Positions 1 to 8,877 of a stretch of 32,993 nt of DNA are shown piece by piece. This stretch comes from a virus (taxonomy: Duplodnaviria; Caudoviricetes). Each line of letters opens with the position of its first letter. The stretch's first letter is position 1. The notes beneath the pieces were generated by a model. It saw only the letters and a list, made by a program, of their open reading frames with translations, was not told where the DNA came from and did not search any database. Position numbers and translations under genes: made by a program. Location: the IMG/VR virus record IMGVR_UViG_3300050162_000106, positions 1-32,993 of that record; one strand, written 5' to 3'.

Positions 1-2
1 CT

Positions 3-401
3 GCTGCTCCTGCTCCCGGCCAATCCCCGGTGGCTGGTTTTGCCCCGGGTGCGACGGGATACCCTTCTAGCCCTTTGGGCGTGGGTGCCACCCCCTCCCC
101 GGCGGCGGGTTCGTTTGCTCCCGGTAGCGCCCCGGCGGGTTTTCCTGCCCCCGGTGCGGTGGCCGGTTATCCGAATGCTGCCCCCGGTGCGGTTGTTGGG
201 GCGGCGCCGGGTGGGGCCCCGGCTGGTGCGCCCGCTGCTATGGCGCCGTCTGCCCCGAGTGCTCCGGCCTATAGCGGGTTCATGCCGGGCCAACAAAAGG
301 TCATGCTCCCGGCCGCCGGTGGCGCCACGTATGAGCAATTCGTGGCCCAAGGCTGGACGGACGAGGCGATGATTTCCGCCGGTTACATGGCCATCCAGTA
401 A
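3..401 (+). CDS. 5'-truncated replication-region protein, possibly the C-terminal tail of a phage ssDNA-binding protein
   Basis: Frame is open from the window edge (AAPAPGQSPVAG...). Pro/Ala/Gly low-complexity tract ends in GATYEQFVAQGWTDEAMISAGYM. It lies upstream of the DNA polymerase. The SSB call is inference. Confidence 0.45.
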   Translation, partial: AAPAPGQSPVAGFAPGATGYPSSPLGVGATPSPAAGSFAPGSAPAGFPAPGAVAGYPNAAPGAVVGAAPGGAPAGAPAAMAPSAPSAPAYSGFMPGQQKVMLPAAGGATYEQFVAQGWTDEAMISAGYMAIQ

Positions 402-425
402 GAGCCCGGCGGGTCGCACCGGGTG

Positions 426-470
426 GGGCGCCAGAGGACCTAATGACGGTTTGCTGGCGCCCTTTCTTTC
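426..470 (+). terminator. putative intrinsic terminator/attenuator hairpin before the gapR-like gene
   Basis: GGGCGCCAG (426-434) pairs with CTGGCGCCC (454-462); inner GGACC/GGTTT stem; followed by TTTCTTTC. Confidence 0.5.
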
Positions 471-488
471 TCACGAGGAGACACACAA

Positions 489-752
489 ATGGCAGACATT
501 GGCCACAATTCGGGGATTGCCTCGGACGCGGCGGAGGACCTCATCCGGGGGCTGGAGCGTATCGAGCGGCTCCGCGAGGAGAAAAAGGGGGTTGAGGACG
601 ACATTAAGGACGTGTTTCTGGAATACAAAGCCAAGGGTTTTGACAACAAGACCATGCGCAAAATTCTGGACCTCCGCAAAATGAAGCCCGAGGACCGCAA
701 GGAAATGCAAGCCTTGCTTGAGGTTTACGCGGACGCGGTGGGGTTGGACTGA
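489..752 (+). CDS. gapR: GapR-like (DUF2312/UPF0335) nucleoid-associated DNA-binding protein
   Basis: 87 aa with the family signature IGHNS...LERIERLREEKKGVEDDIKDVFLEYKAKGFDNKTMRKILDLRK...LLEVY..A.G; GAGGAG RBS upstream. Confidence 0.9.
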   Translation: MADIGHNSGIASDAAEDLIRGLERIERLREEKKGVEDDIKDVFLEYKAKGFDNKTMRKILDLRKMKPEDRKEMQALLEVYADAVGLD

Positions 753-753
753 T

Positions 754-1005
754 ATGGATATTGAGACGCAATTGGAACGTGCGCCCATCCTCCTTGCGGA
801 GCGCGTGGGGATGCTGGGGCAATATGTCCGGGACCAATCAACCGGCATTGTGGGCCGCGTAAACGCGGTTTGCTTCAACGCCCACGAGCGGGCGCAATTC
901 CAGCTCAAGCGCTACGGGGTGGACCAAAACGGCCACCCATACCCGCTCCTTTGGGTGTATGTTGGGGACACCGTTCCCGCCACCTATGACGAGGCCCGGG
1001 CGTAA
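754..1005 (+). CDS. hypothetical phage protein (83 aa)
   Basis: ATG at 754 just after the gapR stop; stop overlaps the next start (TAATG); tightly packed operon. Confidence 0.65.
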   Translation: MDIETQLERAPILLAERVGMLGQYVRDQSTGIVGRVNAVCFNAHERAQFQLKRYGVDQNGHPYPLLWVYVGDTVPATYDEARA

Positions 1006-1211
1006 TGGCGCGCGGCACCTATCGCGGCTCCGAGCTCGTGGACCAAATCCGCCGCACCACCACGGCGCTGGAAATGGCCCTCATGCCCGAGGACGGCCAA
1101 GTCACCCCGGAGGCGGCGCAAACCGCTTGGGACACCGCAAACGAGCTCACGCGGCTGGTGGGGAGCGTTCCCGCCATCATCGCAGACATTCACCTCCCCA
1201 CCACGGACTAA
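1005..1211 (+). CDS. hypothetical phage protein (68 aa)
   Basis: Start coupled to the upstream stop; ends 6 nt before the polymerase ATG. Confidence 0.65.
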   Translation: MARGTYRGSELVDQIRRTTTALEMALMPEDGQVTPEAAQTAWDTANELTRLVGSVPAIIADIHLPTTD

Positions 1212-1217
1212 CCCACA

Positions 1218-3524
1218 ATGCGCCTTGCCCACGCTTCGATTGACTTTGAAACGGCCAGCTCCGCCGGGATATTCGCAACGGAGGACGGCCGCCTCATCGG
1301 TCCGCCGGGCGCGGGCAAGGGCAAAAAGGGCCTCTCCCAAGTGGGGGCCGCGTGCTACGCCCAGCACCCTAGCACGCGGGTTCTCTGGCTCTCCTACAAG
1401 CTGCCAACCGGCTTTCGCGCCCGGTGGCACTGTGGCCAGCCGTATGACGTGCTCCAGCCTCTTTTCGATTGGATCGCGCGCGGCGGCCGCGTGGGGGCGC
1501 ACAACCTGAAATTTGAGTGGTGGATATGGCAAGAGGTTTGCGTCAAGCGCCTCGGCTGGCCGCCGCTTCACCCTGAGAACCTCACGTGCTCCATGGCAAC
1601 GGCCAACGTGAACGGCCTCCCCGGGGCCCTCAAAATGCTGGCCACGGTGTTGCCGCTGGGCGTCCAGAAGGACACGGAGGGGGACCGCCTGATTAAGAAA
1701 TTCTCCATACCTAACAAGCCCACCAAGAAGCGCCCGGGCTGGTGGTGGATGCCGGAGGATGATTGGCAAGACTTCCTGAAAATGGGGGATTATTGCGACA
1801 CGGACACAGACGTGGAAAGCGCCGCGTGCCACGTCATGCCCCCCATGACGGCGGTCGAGCGGGCCTTTTGGATCATAGACCAAAGGATAAACCGCCGGGG
1901 GATTGCGATTGACCGCGCGGCCATCCGCGATTGCTTGGACATTCTGGGCCAAGTGCTGGAGCTCCGGGGCGAACAATTCCGCGCGCTCACCGGGCTGGAG
2001 CCCACGCAATTGGAGAAATTTAAGGGATGGCTGGCCGCCAAGGGCGTGTTCACGGATAGCTTGGACGAGGAGCATTTGGAGGAGCTGTTGGAGCGCCCCA
2101 GCCTCCCGGCCGAGGCGCGCGAGGCGCTGGAAATTCGGGCGCTCATCGGGTCCGCGTCCGTGAAAAAGCTCTTTGCCATGGAGAACCAATGCGCGGAGGA
2201 TAACCGCCTCCATGACTTGATTATCCACCACGGCGCACGCACCGGCCGCCCCACCGGCGAAGGCCCCCAGCCGCTCAACCTGCCCAAGAACGGGGCCAAG
2301 CTGGCCACGTGTGGGGCGTGCTCCGCGCCGTTCCACCCCAAGCACGCCTCTTGCCCGTGGTGCGGCCAGCTCCGCCCCCCGCCATCCGTGGAGAGCGAGC
2401 GCCGGTTATCCCCGCAATGGCGCCCGGATATGGTGGAGCCGGTGCTGGACGTTATGCGGACCCGGCGCCTTGACGCGGTGGAGCACTATTACGGGGACGC
2501 GGTGCCGCTCATCATGGGGCTGGTGCGCGCGCTGTTCTGGGCCGAGCCCGGTTACGAGCTGATAGCGTCCGACTATTCCGCGATTGAGGCCGTTGTCACC
2601 GCGTTTCTGGCGGGCGAGGAATGGCGCCAAGAGGTGTTCTTGGAGGGGAAGCCCATTTACCTGATGAGCGCCGCCAAGATTACCGGCAAGACGCTGGAAT
2701 TTTACGAGGAACACAAGGCCCGGACCGGGGGGCACCACCCGGACCGGCAATATGTGGGCAAGGTCGCGGAGCTCGCTCTGGGCTTTGGCGGCTGGATTGG
2801 CGCGTGGCGCAATTTTGACAGCTCCGACAAATACACGGACGAGGAGGTCAAAAAGCTAATCCTGAATTGGCGCCAAGCCTCCCCGGCCGTGGTGCAAATG
2901 TGGGGCGGTCAGAGCAACCCCAACGCGCCCCGCTTTGCGCCGGAGCCCTCGCTCTATGGGTTTGAGGGCGCCGCTCATGCCGCCGTGACCAACCCGGGGC
3001 AATCGTTCACCACCAACGGGGTGACATTCTATATCCGCCCCAAGGGGACGCCAATGTGGGACGATACCGGCGCGCACGTGGGGCACACGCACGCGGACGC
3101 GCTGATTATCCGCCTTCTGAGCGGCCGGGAGCTCACCTACTGGGAGCCCATGCGGACGCCATCGACACGTGATTATGATCCACCGTGGGTTATGAACCTG
3201 TCCTATATGACGTGGAACACCAACCCCAAGTATGGGCCCAAGGGGTGGGTGCGGATGCAAACCTATGGGGGGCGCCTCACTGAAAACATTGTGCAAGCCA
3301 CGGCCCACGATATTCTCCGCTACGCTATCGTGAACCTTGAGGCGGCCGGCTATCCGGCGGTCCTCCACGTCTATGATGAAATTATCGTGGAGGTGCCGGT
3401 CTGGGCCAAGCCGGGCGCGCTGGAGGAGGTGGAGCGGATCATGGGCACCATGCCGCCGTGGTGCGCTCATTGGCCGGTCAAAGCCTCGGGCGGCTGGCGA
3501 GGGAGACGGTATCGTAAGGAGTAA
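1218..3524 (+). CDS. polA: phage family A DNA polymerase with 3'-5' exonuclease
   Basis: Exo I SIDFET, Exo II AHNLKFE, Exo III YCDTD; GARTGR; motif A DYSAIE; motif B RQYVGKVAELALGFGG; ENIVQATAHD; motif C HVYDEI. Confidence 0.95.
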   Translation: MRLAHASIDFETASSAGIFATEDGRLIGPPGAGKGKKGLSQVGAACYAQHPSTRVLWLSYKLPTGFRARWHCGQPYDVLQPLFDWIARGGRVGAHNLKFEWWIWQEVCVKRLGWPPLHPENLTCSMATANVNGLPGALKMLATVLPLGVQKDTEGDRLIKKFSIPNKPTKKRPGWWWMPEDDWQDFLKMGDYCDTDTDVESAACHVMPPMTAVERAFWIIDQRINRRGIAIDRAAIRDCLDILGQVLELRGEQFRALTGLEPTQLEKFKGWLAAKGVFTDSLDEEHLEELLERPSLPAEAREALEIRALIGSASVKKLFAMENQCAEDNRLHDLIIHHGARTGRPTGEGPQPLNLPKNGAKLATCGACSAPFHPKHASCPWCGQLRPPPSVESERRLSPQWRPDMVEPVLDVMRTRRLDAVEHYYGDAVPLIMGLVRALFWAEPGYELIASDYSAIEAVVTAFLAGEEWRQEVFLEGKPIYLMSAAKITGKTLEFYEEHKARTGGHHPDRQYVGKVAELALGFGGWIGAWRNFDSSDKYTDEEVKKLILNWRQASPAVVQMWGGQSNPNAPRFAPEPSLYGFEGAAHAAVTNPGQSFTTNGVTFYIRPKGTPMWDDTGAHVGHTHADALIIRLLSGRELTYWEPMRTPSTRDYDPPWVMNLSYMTWNTNPKYGPKGWVRMQTYGGRLTENIVQATAHDILRYAIVNLEAAGYPAVLHVYDEIIVEVPVWAKPGALEEVERIMGTMPPWCAHWPVKASGGWRGRRYRKE

Positions 3525-3528
3525 AGCT

Positions 3529-3699
3529 ATGCTGAAATGGGCTAACGCTCTAGTCTTGTTGTGGGTGGTCGTGCGTTGGTGGGTCGGCCCGAGCTGCTCA
3601 AACACGGACAGCACCACGCCGCTGGCCGTGTTTGGCGCCGCGCTGGTGCTGTCCGCCGGGTTCATTGTCCCGTTTGTGAAGGCTTGGCGCAAGCCTTGA
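3529..3699 (+). CDS. small two-helix membrane protein (56 aa), function unknown
   Basis: AAGGAG RBS inside the end of the polymerase gene, then ATG at 3529; two hydrophobic stretches (ALVLLWVVVRWWV; LAVFGAALVLSAGFIVPFV). Confidence 0.55.
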   Translation: MLKWANALVLLWVVVRWWVGPSCSNTDSTTPLAVFGAALVLSAGFIVPFVKAWRKP

Positions 3700-3976
3700 G
3701 CTGAGCCGCCAGCCCTTGCCCCCACGTGCGGAGCTCCAGCGCGGAGCGGTCCACCACAAGGAGGTCGTGCCCGGCCTGCCCGTTTAGCTCGTTGGCCACG
3801 CGGGCGGGCTCTGGCGCCACGTCCGCCTCGTTGACGCACGGCACGGCCACGGGGACCTTTACCACCACCGGCTCCGCCTTGATCGCTGGAGGGGGCACGC
3901 GGCCGGTGGTGCACCCGCCCAGAGCGGGTCCCATGCACAAGAGCACCAGCCCCGCCAGAATAAAACGCGCCCTCAT
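3662..3976 (-). CDS. Rz1: o-spanin (Rz1-like outer-membrane lipoprotein)
   Basis: Signal peptide MRARFILAGLVLLCMGPA plus lipobox LGGC; Pro-rich VKVPVAVPC; ATGA overlap with the i-spanin stop; last gene of the lysis cassette. Confidence 0.8.
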   Translation of the reverse strand: MRARFILAGLVLLCMGPALGGCTTGRVPPPAIKAEPVVVKVPVAVPCVNEADVAPEPARVANELNGQAGHDLLVVDRSALELRTWGQGLAAQLKACAKPSQTGQ

Positions 3977-4410
3977 AGCTGCCCCCTCACCGCGTTGTGG
4001 GCGGCCGGGGCGGGACAATCCACCACCGGCGCCGGAGCGGCCCGGAGAGCCGCGATAGCGCGCGCCCGGCTGGCCGCGTCCCGGGCGGCCTGAGCTTTCG
4101 CCTCGGCCGCGCGCTGGGCCGCCGCGTCACTGGCTTTTTTGAACCCGTCCACGGCCTTGTTTTGCGCCCCGATCTGGGCCCGGAGCGTGCCAATCGTGGC
4201 TAGATCTGCCGTATGCGCTGCGCTCCAGCCCTTGGCGTCCTCGGCCGCCTGAGCCAGCCGTTTGTCCCGGGCGCCCAGCTCGTGGCCCTGCCAGAAAATG
4301 ACGATCGCGCACACGAGGAGCGCGAAGACATACCACGGGAGCGAGCGGAGCCATTCCAGCGCCGTCTTGCCCCAGCCGAGGAGCTTAGCCGCAAGCCAAA
4401 TTTCACCCAT
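3973..4410 (-). CDS. Rz: i-spanin (Rz-like inner-membrane protein)
   Basis: One N-terminal TM helix (YVFALLVCAIVIFW), then an Ala-rich coiled coil with a C-terminal Cys; sits between holin and lipoprotein. Confidence 0.8.
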   Translation of the reverse strand: MGEIWLAAKLLGWGKTALEWLRSLPWYVFALLVCAIVIFWQGHELGARDKRLAQAAEDAKGWSAAHTADLATIGTLRAQIGAQNKAVDGFKKASDAAAQRAAEAKAQAARDAASRARAIAALRAAPAPVVDCPAPAAHNAVRGQL

Positions 4411-4696
4411 TGGACGAGCCTCCCGGTGCGGTGGTGGGTTCCGTGCCGCGCTTCATGTAGAGCGCGCCAGCGCCCGCCACAAGGAGCCCGGAGATACCCC
4501 CGGCCCACACTACCCAATCTTGCGCGCTCCAGAGCGGCAACGTGGTGGCGTCACGCCAGAGCGCGAGGATAGACCCAGCCACCTGAGCAAACCCCACGCC
4601 GATGGGCGCAAGCGCGGCCAACACCCACAAAACGCGACCAAGGTCGTAGGTAGAACCGTCTAATCCGGTGAAACAGTCGCGAAAGAACTTTCTCAT
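4403..4696 (-). CDS. putative holin (2 TM)
   Basis: 97 aa with two hydrophobic segments and a basic/polar tail; ATGA overlap with the endolysin stop. Confidence 0.65.
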   Translation of the reverse strand: MRKFFRDCFTGLDGSTYDLGRVLWVLAALAPIGVGFAQVAGSILALWRDATTLPLWSAQDWVVWAGGISGLLVAGAGALYMKRGTEPTTAPGGSSNG

Positions 4697-5298
4697 TGGA
4701 TTACCCCCAAGAGCTCAAAGAATTTCATGCGGTCCGCCAAACCGTTATAACCGCCGTTAATGAGGAGCGTTGCCCGGCGCGTGTCGGCTGCGTCCGCCGC
4801 CGCGTTGATGTCCCGGGCGGTCCAGTAGCGGCAAGCCGCCTCCACGGCCGTCTCCGGCTCCTCCAAGAGCTCCGGGTGGTTCACGCAATCCACGCCAGTG
4901 GCTTTCGCCAAGGCGGTGTAATTCGCGCGGCCGGTGGTCTGGAGCAAGCCCCGGCCCTTGAAGCGCGGGCCGTCCCCGGCTTGCGTGTTGCCAAGGTCCC
5001 GGCGCCCCTCATACCGCTGAAAATAGGAAAGGCCCCCATATTCCACCAACGTGGCAAAATGATCCGTTTCGCAACAGGCTTGGGCGAGGAACTGGCGCAC
5101 GCGCAAAGCGGTGTCTATGCCATGCTCCGGGAGCTTGTCCGCCAGCACCGTGGCCAGCGTGGGGATGAGGAGCGCGGAGCGCCCGGCCGCGCGGCGCATG
5201 GCCGCCGCCAGCGTCTTGGGCCCCAGCTTCCCGTCCATCACCAAGCCAGCATTGGCCACGGTGTTGAGGGCCTTTTGCGTCATGGTGGCGTCAAACAT
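4693..5298 (-). CDS. endolysin, glycoside hydrolase family 19 (chitinase-like lysozyme) with short N-terminal PG-binding-like segment
   Basis: FLAQACCET, YEGRRDLGNTQAGDGPRFKGRGLLQTTGRANY and INGGYNGLADR are GH19 endolysin motifs; DGKLGPKT resembles PG_binding_1. Start moved to ATG 5298 (AAGGA RBS). Confidence 0.9.
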   Translation of the reverse strand: MFDATMTQKALNTVANAGLVMDGKLGPKTLAAAMRRAAGRSALLIPTLATVLADKLPEHGIDTALRVRQFLAQACCETDHFATLVEYGGLSYFQRYEGRRDLGNTQAGDGPRFKGRGLLQTTGRANYTALAKATGVDCVNHPELLEEPETAVEAACRYWTARDINAAADAADTRRATLLINGGYNGLADRMKFFELLGVIQ

Positions 5299-5302
5299 GA
5301 GC

Positions 5303-5629
5303 TTAGTGTCCTTTGAGGTAGGGGAGAAAGGTCGCGATGAGCCACCCGACAGCGCCGCCAATGAGTGAAAGCGCGCCAAAGATAATCGTCGCGCCTTTCC
5401 AAAAACTCGCATGCTGCGTTTTGAGGACGGCCATATCCGTTGCAATCTGGTTGATTTGGCCCTGTTGTGTCTCCAGCTTCTGGGCCAACAAATGGGTGGC
5501 TTGGGCGCGCTCTTTGCTCAAATCTTCCATGGCCGTTAGCTTCTCATCCACCCGGGCCAACAACGCCGTTAATTCGAGCGTATTGCTGGCGTTGCTGCGA
5601 CGGGTAGAAGGGTTAACGCTTCCGACCAT
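5303..5629 (-). CDS. coiled-coil protein with C-terminal TM helix; second holin/antiholin candidate
   Basis: Heptad-rich N-terminus and TM helix FWKGATIIFGALSLIGGAVGWLIATFL; directly upstream of the endolysin. Confidence 0.55.
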   Translation of the reverse strand: MVGSVNPSTRRSNASNTLELTALLARVDEKLTAMEDLSKERAQATHLLAQKLETQQGQINQIATDMAVLKTQHASFWKGATIIFGALSLIGGAVGWLIATFLPYLKGH

Positions 5630-5646
5630 GGTTTTCCAGCCCTTGC

Positions 5647-5934
5647 TTAGGGTTTTGCCCGCGAGGGGCGGCGTTTCATGCGCCCCAGATCATCTTGCGC
5701 GTTGGTGAGGGCCGTTTCCGCCTTGCGAGCGCGCTCCGCGTGCCGCTCGGCTTCCGCAAGATTACGCTGGGCCTCTTCGCGGGCTTCCGTCACAAGCTTG
5801 CGGAGCTGAGCGTTTTCAGCCTCCAGCTCACGAGCGCGGGAGACGCTGCACACGTTTTGCATAACCAGCTCTCCAATATACTCGGCCAGTTCGTGACGAG
5901 CGCGGTCAGAGGGCAAGGGACTTTTTTGATCCAT
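5647..5934 (-). CDS. hypothetical coiled-coil protein
   Basis: ORF fills the gap between tail fibre and lysis genes; charged heptad pattern; likely start ATG 5934. Confidence 0.55.
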   Translation of the reverse strand: MDQKSPLPSDRARHELAEYIGELVMQNVCSVSRARELEAENAQLRKLVTEAREEAQRNLAEAERHAERARKAETALTNAQDDLGRMKRRPSRAKP

Positions 5935-5974
5935 AGGGCGTTCCCTCAATGGTGAAGCACGTCACTTGCCATGA

Positions 5975-6772
5975 TTAGCGACCCCAAGCAATCCAATAGA
6001 CGTATTGCGAACCGTCCAAAATCTTGCCCGCTTGGGTGCTATCTGCCTCAATCGTGCCGCCGTTGACGGTAAAGCCCGGATACATGAGCGTGATGGGGGC
6101 CCAATCTGGGCGGCTCCCGGCGCTGGGGCAACCTACAATACCCTCGAAAGCGTTGGGGAACGGGGTGTTGAAAAATAGCGCGGTGCCGGTGTTATTACTG
6201 CCTCCGTTCAACCGGGTGGACCCCAGCTTGACTATCCGGCCGTCCGGCAAGCGGATGCTCTGACCGTCCACGCTCGTGAGAAGAGAAGCGAGGATGCCCG
6301 GAGACAGAAAGGTAGCAGTGTCCGTTCCGTCTTTTGCCTGATCCAGCGTTGAGGCCGCCGCGCCGACCGCCGTCCATCCCGCCGGGGCCGAACCGTCCGG
6401 GTCCGTGAGGTTGCCGTCCACGGTGGATTGCCAGAGCTTCCCGGCCGTAGCGGTGGACATAATTACGGCGCCTTTGGGGTAGCCCCCGGCCGCCGTGGCA
6501 AAAGCGCTGTTGAACACCGCCGGGCCCCCGGCCGTCTGCCACCGGGTCCAACGCGTCACGTGGTTGAGAATGCCGTTAATGTCTTCGCCCGACACATAAG
6601 CGCCCCCGCCGGACAGGCTCGTGAACGTGTCGGGCGTAAAGCCATCGGTGAAGCTCGCCGCGCCAGCCAAGACGCCAATTTGCGAAGGCACCGGCACGGT
6701 GCGAATGTATCCACTCCCGGCGCTGTTGCCAAACGGAATAGCCACGCGGGCGGGCATATCGGACAGGTTCAT
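5975..6772 (-). CDS. short tail fibre protein
   Basis: N-terminal baseplate-anchor-like region (PSQIG..GAASFTDGF..GEDINGILN..GGYPKGA); C-terminal gp53-like fibre domain (LPDGRIVKLG..FNTPFPNA..YWIAWGR); follows the baseplate genes. Confidence 0.8.
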   Translation of the reverse strand: MNLSDMPARVAIPFGNSAGSGYIRTVPVPSQIGVLAGAASFTDGFTPDTFTSLSGGGAYVSGEDINGILNHVTRWTRWQTAGGPAVFNSAFATAAGGYPKGAVIMSTATAGKLWQSTVDGNLTDPDGSAPAGWTAVGAAASTLDQAKDGTDTATFLSPGILASLLTSVDGQSIRLPDGRIVKLGSTRLNGGSNNTGTALFFNTPFPNAFEGIVGCPSAGSRPDWAPITLMYPGFTVNGGTIEADSTQAGKILDGSQYVYWIAWGR

Positions 6773-6778
6773 GGGCGG

Positions 6779-7429
6779 TTATCCTTGCTCAATCAAAATG
6801 CGTTTGCCGGTTGGCCGGGGTAGGAGCCCCTCTTGGCTGGCTATGGCGTAGTCCACGGCGGTGAGCTGGACCCCAAAGTGATAGGTGAGCGTGCCGTCCG
6901 CGTTGTCCTTCACGTAGCTGTTACCATATCCCGGAAATAGCAACACGAGGATGGCATTAATTTCAGGGACGGTGCACCCGCACACGTTGGCCCTGGCTTT
7001 TGCCAGAATGACGCGGCGGTAAACGTCGTCCCCAAGCCGCACGTTGTTGGTGGCATCCGCCCCCCGATACCAAATGCCATGACCCCAATTCTGGGCCGTG
7101 CTCTGCCCGGCAAAGCCCACATAGGTATCCTCGGCCGGAACGGAGATTACGCGCGAGGCGCCCACAATGCGGCCCAGAATGTCCAGCCCGTAGCCCTTCG
7201 CGGTGGAGAGCTGCCAGATATTCTTAAAGAAAAAGTCGTCATAGGTGGCGCCATCCAGCCATGCGCCCGAGTATTCCACCAGTGCCTTGAGCACCGGGCT
7301 ATTGAAATACTGAGAAATGAGCGTGTCCAGCACGTCAAAGTTAACAAACCCGGCGTATTTCTCCGGGTTCGTGGTGTTGTCCAGCCTCGCGCCAAGGGGC
7401 GGGCGCCCTACGGGATACGCGCCCAGCAT
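6779..7429 (-). CDS. baseplate wedge protein (DUF2612-like)
   Basis: ISQYFNSP, TAKGYGLDILGRIVG, L.DDVYR..ILAKA, LLPRPTG motifs; follows the baseplate J gene. Confidence 0.85.
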   Translation of the reverse strand: MLGAYPVGRPPLGARLDNTTNPEKYAGFVNFDVLDTLISQYFNSPVLKALVEYSGAWLDGATYDDFFFKNIWQLSTAKGYGLDILGRIVGASRVISVPAEDTYVGFAGQSTAQNWGHGIWYRGADATNNVRLGDDVYRRVILAKARANVCGCTVPEINAILVLLFPGYGNSYVKDNADGTLTYHFGVQLTAVDYAIASQEGLLPRPTGKRILIEQG

Positions 7430-8874
7430 TACACAAGCGCCACTTGAATGTTGCCGGAGCTAACCCCGGCCATTTGGTTGAGGTTCAAGTCCGCGTAATC
7501 ATGCGTTGGCGAGAACGCCACATAGGACCCGGCCGCGAGGGTCTGGGCGGAGCTCACGCTATAGGTTCCGATGCCCCCCGGGGTGCCGGTGAGCTGGCCG
7601 GTGATGGTGGTCCCCTCATTGGAGCCGGTGATGGTCTGCCCCGTGGCCAGCGCGCCCGAGGAAACGGCCGTCACCGTCAAGACGTTGCCGGAAATGGACC
7701 CGGTGAAATGGGCCGCGTCCGTGTCATTCGGGCAACCCAATTTGAGGGTGACAATTTCCGCCCAATCCCCGAGCGCTTGAATGGGCTTGTAGAAGCGAGA
7801 GGCCAGCACGCGCGAGCCCATGCCCGGGCGCCCCTTGCCAGTAACGTCCGCTCCTGAAAACACGCTGGCCACGGCGGCACGGACTTGAGCCGCTACGTCC
7901 GCCGGGACGCTCTCTTGGGCGCTCAGTTCCACCCGAATAATAAAAGGCGCTGTTTCCGCGCGGTCAAACGTCACCTCGTAAGTGGGTAGGGGGAGCGCAT
8001 AACCGCTCTGGTCGTCCTCCACCGTCACGGTGGTGGTGCCGGGGTAATAGGGGGTTCCGGGAACACGCTTGGTCCAGATGGCTTTGGCCACGGCGCTGTC
8101 CGTGCCGCCATATACGCAAATGAACACCGCGCCCGCCGGGATAGTGACGCCTCGCACAGTAATAGGACCGCTGGTGGGGTTGTCGTAAACGTAAGCGTCC
8201 ACGCATCCGGGACCATTGTTTGGGTCCAGCAAGAGGCCACGGAGCGCCGCGTTATTGGCGGAGCCGTTCTTGGCGAGCTCCGCTTGGCGCCGGGCCTCAA
8301 ATTGCTGGGGCGTTTCTACCGCGCGCCCCTCTACCCCAGCGCTGGCGTTGGTGATGGTATCCCACCCGCTTACACCTTGATAAATCTCGCTCAGATACCC
8401 CGCCGGACAAGCGACGGCCCCGGGCGCCACGCATTGAAACTGCACATCCACGGAGCCGTTGGCCGGGATGGTGGTGGCCGTCAAAGCTGCATAAATGTCC
8501 CCACCTTCGGTCTTGGCGAGCGCGCCTTGGGGAATGCGTGTGCGCACCGCGCCGGTGCAAGTGGCCGTCACTACCGTATAGGCCGCCGGGATGCGCTCCA
8601 CCGCAAAAAATCGGCCAATAGCGTCCTGCATCCGGCCGGAGCTGGTGGCGGGGTCTACGCGCGAGACGAACGCCAGCTGAAGGTCCACGAACGCTTGGAG
8701 CGTGGCGGAGAAGCTGGTCCCGAGCTGGCCTTGGGGCGTCTCCGCGTCCGTGCTCATCGCGTCCGTGCCAAAGGCCGCCTTAAAGTCCGCCATGACGCCA
8801 TTAAAGAACGCCTCGGCCGTGGGCGCGTTAACGCCGGTGTCGTCAATCGTGGGGACGGGGACGTTTGAGGCCAT
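7429..8874 (-). CDS. baseplate J/gp47-like wedge protein
   Basis: [41 protein letters not shown] motifs. Confidence 0.9.
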   Translation of the reverse strand: MASNVPVPTIDDTGVNAPTAEAFFNGVMADFKAAFGTDAMSTDAETPQGQLGTSFSATLQAFVDLQLAFVSRVDPATSSGRMQDAIGRFFAVERIPAAYTVVTATCTGAVRTRIPQGALAKTEGGDIYAALTATTIPANGSVDVQFQCVAPGAVACPAGYLSEIYQGVSGWDTITNASAGVEGRAVETPQQFEARRQAELAKNGSANNAALRGLLLDPNNGPGCVDAYVYDNPTSGPITVRGVTIPAGAVFICVYGGTDSAVAKAIWTKRVPGTPYYPGTTTVTVEDDQSGYALPLPTYEVTFDRAETAPFIIRVELSAQESVPADVAAQVRAAVASVFSGADVTGKGRPGMGSRVLASRFYKPIQALGDWAEIVTLKLGCPNDTDAAHFTGSISGNVLTVTAVSSGALATGQTITGSNEGTTITGQLTGTPGGIGTYSVSSAQTLAAGSYVAFSPTHDYADLNLNQMAGVSSGNIQVALV

Positions 8875-8877
8875 GGT

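Noticed and set aside
439-446. CCTAATGA shared between the 426-462 hairpin loop and 32902-32909
   Set aside because: An 8-nt match between two sites can arise by chance; no other support.
984-2345. 453-aa minus-strand ORF opposite the polymerase
   Set aside because: Antisense shadow of a high-GC3 gene; no motifs, and it fully overlaps a well-supported CDS.
2856-3938. 360-aa minus-strand ORF
   Set aside because: Arg/Gly/Pro-rich shadow overlapping the polymerase and o-spanin; no recognisable domain.
5299-5445. N-terminal extension of the endolysin in the ORF track
   Set aside because: Overlaps the upstream membrane-protein gene; ATG 5298 has an RBS and fits gene packing.
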